Part shown: in pieces, positions 42,972 to 44,651 of the stretch
Layout: every line of letters starts with the position of its first letter
Numbering within the stretch: position 1 is the stretch's first letter
Origin: a virus
Taxonomy: Duplodnaviria > Caudoviricetes
Length of the DNA stretch: 44,651 bases
Virus record (IMG/VR): IMGVR_UViG_3300036786_000190
Coordinates: 1-44,651 of that record
Strand: one strand, 5' to 3'
Program-made: the position numbers and the translations under genes
The notes under the pieces: model-generated
Seen by the model: the letters and a program-made list of their open reading frames with translations, nothing else
What the model was told of the DNA's origin: nothing
Database searches by the model: none

Positions 42972-43147
42972 ACGCGATCTATGTTCCGCCCCGTCCGGAG
43001 AACCCATTCGCCGCGGCCTGCGCAAAATTGCGGCGCCTCGGCCACCAAGTCTCGCCGGCGCCAGGGGGTGTGGGCCTTACAGATGTCGAGGGCATCGGCA
43101 GGGATTTGACGATCGACCAAGTGATCAGCATCGCCGCGTCCTTATGA
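42968..43147 (+). CDS. Small hypothetical protein (59 aa)
   Basis: Not in the ORF track. MNAIYVPPRPENPF...IAASL; ATGA overlaps at both ends. Confidence 0.55.
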   Translation: MNAIYVPPRPENPFAAACAKLRRLGHQVSPAPGGVGLTDVEGIGRDLTIDQVISIAASL

Positions 43148-43521
43148 GCGACGTCGCGCTTGACGATAACTGGGATGACCCATGGGTTGATCTCGGCGTC
43201 CCTCTAGGGGGCTACAGCAGCAGCGTCGACGATGACATTCTCGCCGTGCTCAAAGCGATTCGTGACGGGAGTAGGCGCTTGCGCCAGAATGAGGATGGAC
43301 CGGGCAACTATGTCACCGACATTGCGAAGGTGACCGGCCTTAGCGAGAGCCACATCGAACTGATTCAATACATCTTCTGCTCGTGCGACTGGTGCGACTA
43401 TGGTACCAGCCCGCGCGGCTGCTTTCCGAATTGGGAACGCTTCGACGACGACGGCTTCGACGCTCTCATCAGCAGGTTCGAAGCCTATTACCGGCGAAGA
43501 TGGAAGGAAGATCCCGCGTGA
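43144..43521 (+). CDS. Acidic hypothetical protein
   Basis: ATG 43144; DYGTSPRGCF motif; stop overlaps the integrase GTG. Confidence 0.7.
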   Translation: MSDVALDDNWDDPWVDLGVPLGGYSSSVDDDILAVLKAIRDGSRRLRQNEDGPGNYVTDIAKVTGLSESHIELIQYIFCSCDWCDYGTSPRGCFPNWERFDDDGFDALISRFEAYYRRRWKEDPA

Positions 43522-44651
43522 GCGACGTCGCCGGCGTCCATTTCGTCCGCATCGCCACGCCCGGCAAGCCGGTCCGCTGGTACGTCTATGCGTGGCGCGG
43601 AAAGGGCGCGCCACTGATCCTCAAGAGCGAAGGTCCGAAGCGGCCGAAGCTCGGCAAGGCTGAGTTGAAGGCGATCGAGCTCGCGCTTGAGGAATCGACC
43701 GCGCATCGCGACGCCGGGCTGCTCTCCGGCCTGATCCGGATGTGGCGCGGCAGCGGCAGCCTTGATCATGCCAGCCCGGAATGGAAGGCGCTGGCACCGA
43801 CGACGCGCGAGACGTGGGGCTATGAGCTCGACGCGATCGAGGCAAAGTGGGGCGCGCTTCCCATCGAGCTGTGGAACGATCCGCGCATGATCGCCAAGGT
43901 CATCGCCTGGCGCGACAGCCGAGCCGCCACGCCGCGCGGCGCCGACATGGGCGTCCAGGTGCTGCGCGAGCTGCTCGCCTTCGGCAAGCTGCGGCTGATG
44001 GTGAAAATCAACGTCGCCGCGGACGTCCCCGCCATTTACGAGGGTGCCGATCGGGCCGAGATCATCTGGCTTCCCGACGACGTCGACCGTTTCGCGTGGG
44101 CGGCGCTGGCGCTCAACCGGATCGAGGTTCTGGACGCGCTCGATCTCGCCAACGTCACCGGCATGCGTCGCGCCGATCTCGCTGCAGTGACCTTCGACGA
44201 GGTGAGCGATCACGCCATCGTGCGGACGGCGCGCAAGAAGAGCAGGGGACGACGACGCCGCGCGGTGGTGCCGCTGATCCCGGAAAGCCGCCGCCTGATC
44301 GCCGAGCTGCGCACCAGGCCCCGCCTGCCGGGTGTCAACACATTGCTGGTCAACAGTCTCGGCCGCCCCTGGTCGCCTGCCGCCCTGACCCAGGCGTTCA
44401 ACCAGGTGCGCGACTTCGCCGGCATCGTCCATCCCGGCAATCCTGATCTCGGCGAGCCTGACCGCCGGAAGCACCTGCACGATTGCCGCGGCACGTTCGT
44501 CACCCATCTCTGCCGCACCGATCTCACCAATGACGAGATCGCCCGCATCGTCGCTTGGGCGGCGGCCAACGTTGAGCGCATCCGCAGAACCTATGTTGAC
44601 GACGCCGCCGTGGTGGTGGCACTGAGCGAGCGCATCAGCCGAGCGCTGTAA
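43518..44651 (+). CDS. int: Tyrosine recombinase / phage integrase
   Basis: GTG 43518; arm-binding-like N-terminus (WYVYAWRG); catalytic TGMRRAD, HLHDCRGT, AW and RTY. Confidence 0.93.
   Translation: MSDVAGVHFVRIATPGKPVRWYVYAWRGKGAPLILKSEGPKRPKLGKAELKAIELALEESTAHRDAGLLSGLIRMWRGSGSLDHASPEWKALAPTTRETWGYELDAIEAKWGALPIELWNDPRMIAKVIAWRDSRAATPRGADMGVQVLRELLAFGKLRLMVKINVAADVPAIYEGADRAEIIWLPDDVDRFAWAALALNRIEVLDALDLANVTGMRRADLAAVTFDEVSDHAIVRTARKKSRGRRRRAVVPLIPESRRLIAELRTRPRLPGVNTLLVNSLGRPWSPAALTQAFNQVRDFAGIVHPGNPDLGEPDRRKHLHDCRGTFVTHLCRTDLTNDEIARIVAWAAANVERIRRTYVDDAAVVVALSERISRAL

Larger units (their letters stand above)
1..44651. mobile_element. Temperate HK97-type siphovirus (prophage), near-complete genome
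   Basis: Contains integrase, cI/cro switch, primase-helicase, terminase, portal, protease, capsid, tail tube, tape measure and lysis genes in lambdoid order. No sheath gene. att sites lie outside the window. Confidence 0.97.

Noticed and set aside
1-44651. tRNA genes, att sites, diversity-generating retroelement, invertase
   Set aside because: No cloverleaf, terminal direct repeat, reverse transcriptase or serine invertase was seen by eye. att sites probably lie outside the window.

Overview
The window is an essentially complete, high-GC temperate siphovirus genome (prophage), inferred from its gene families to infect an alphaproteobacterium, plausibly a sphingomonad. The minus strand, read right to left, carries: cro and cII-like genes; an early/middle block (DUF5131/Gp37-Gp68, an SF2 helicase-DNA methyltransferase fusion, a DndC-like PAPS-reductase-family gene, a Prim-Pol/D5 primase-helicase); a putative late regulator; HNH, TerS, TerL, portal, ClpP protease and HK97 capsid; head-tail and long non-contractile tail genes; two adaptor/receptor-binding modules; and a lysis cassette. 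The plus strand carries the cI repressor, a second early operon with a repeat-expanded C5 methyltransferase, and a tyrosine integrase. The window starts on an ATG and ends on the integrase stop, so att sites are not visible. Main oddities: (1) an intact intein-like Hint domain behind a Gly-rich linker at the C-terminus of the central tail protein; (2) a TM-coiled-coil-PAS protein heading the lysis cassette; (3) a DUF6527-like Cys/His gene between the two spanin genes; (4) a cluster of putative DNA-modifying enzymes including an orphan DndC-like gene; (5) a readable TCAG-N6-CTGA operator system. All family assignments come from motifs recognised by eye, not from database searches.
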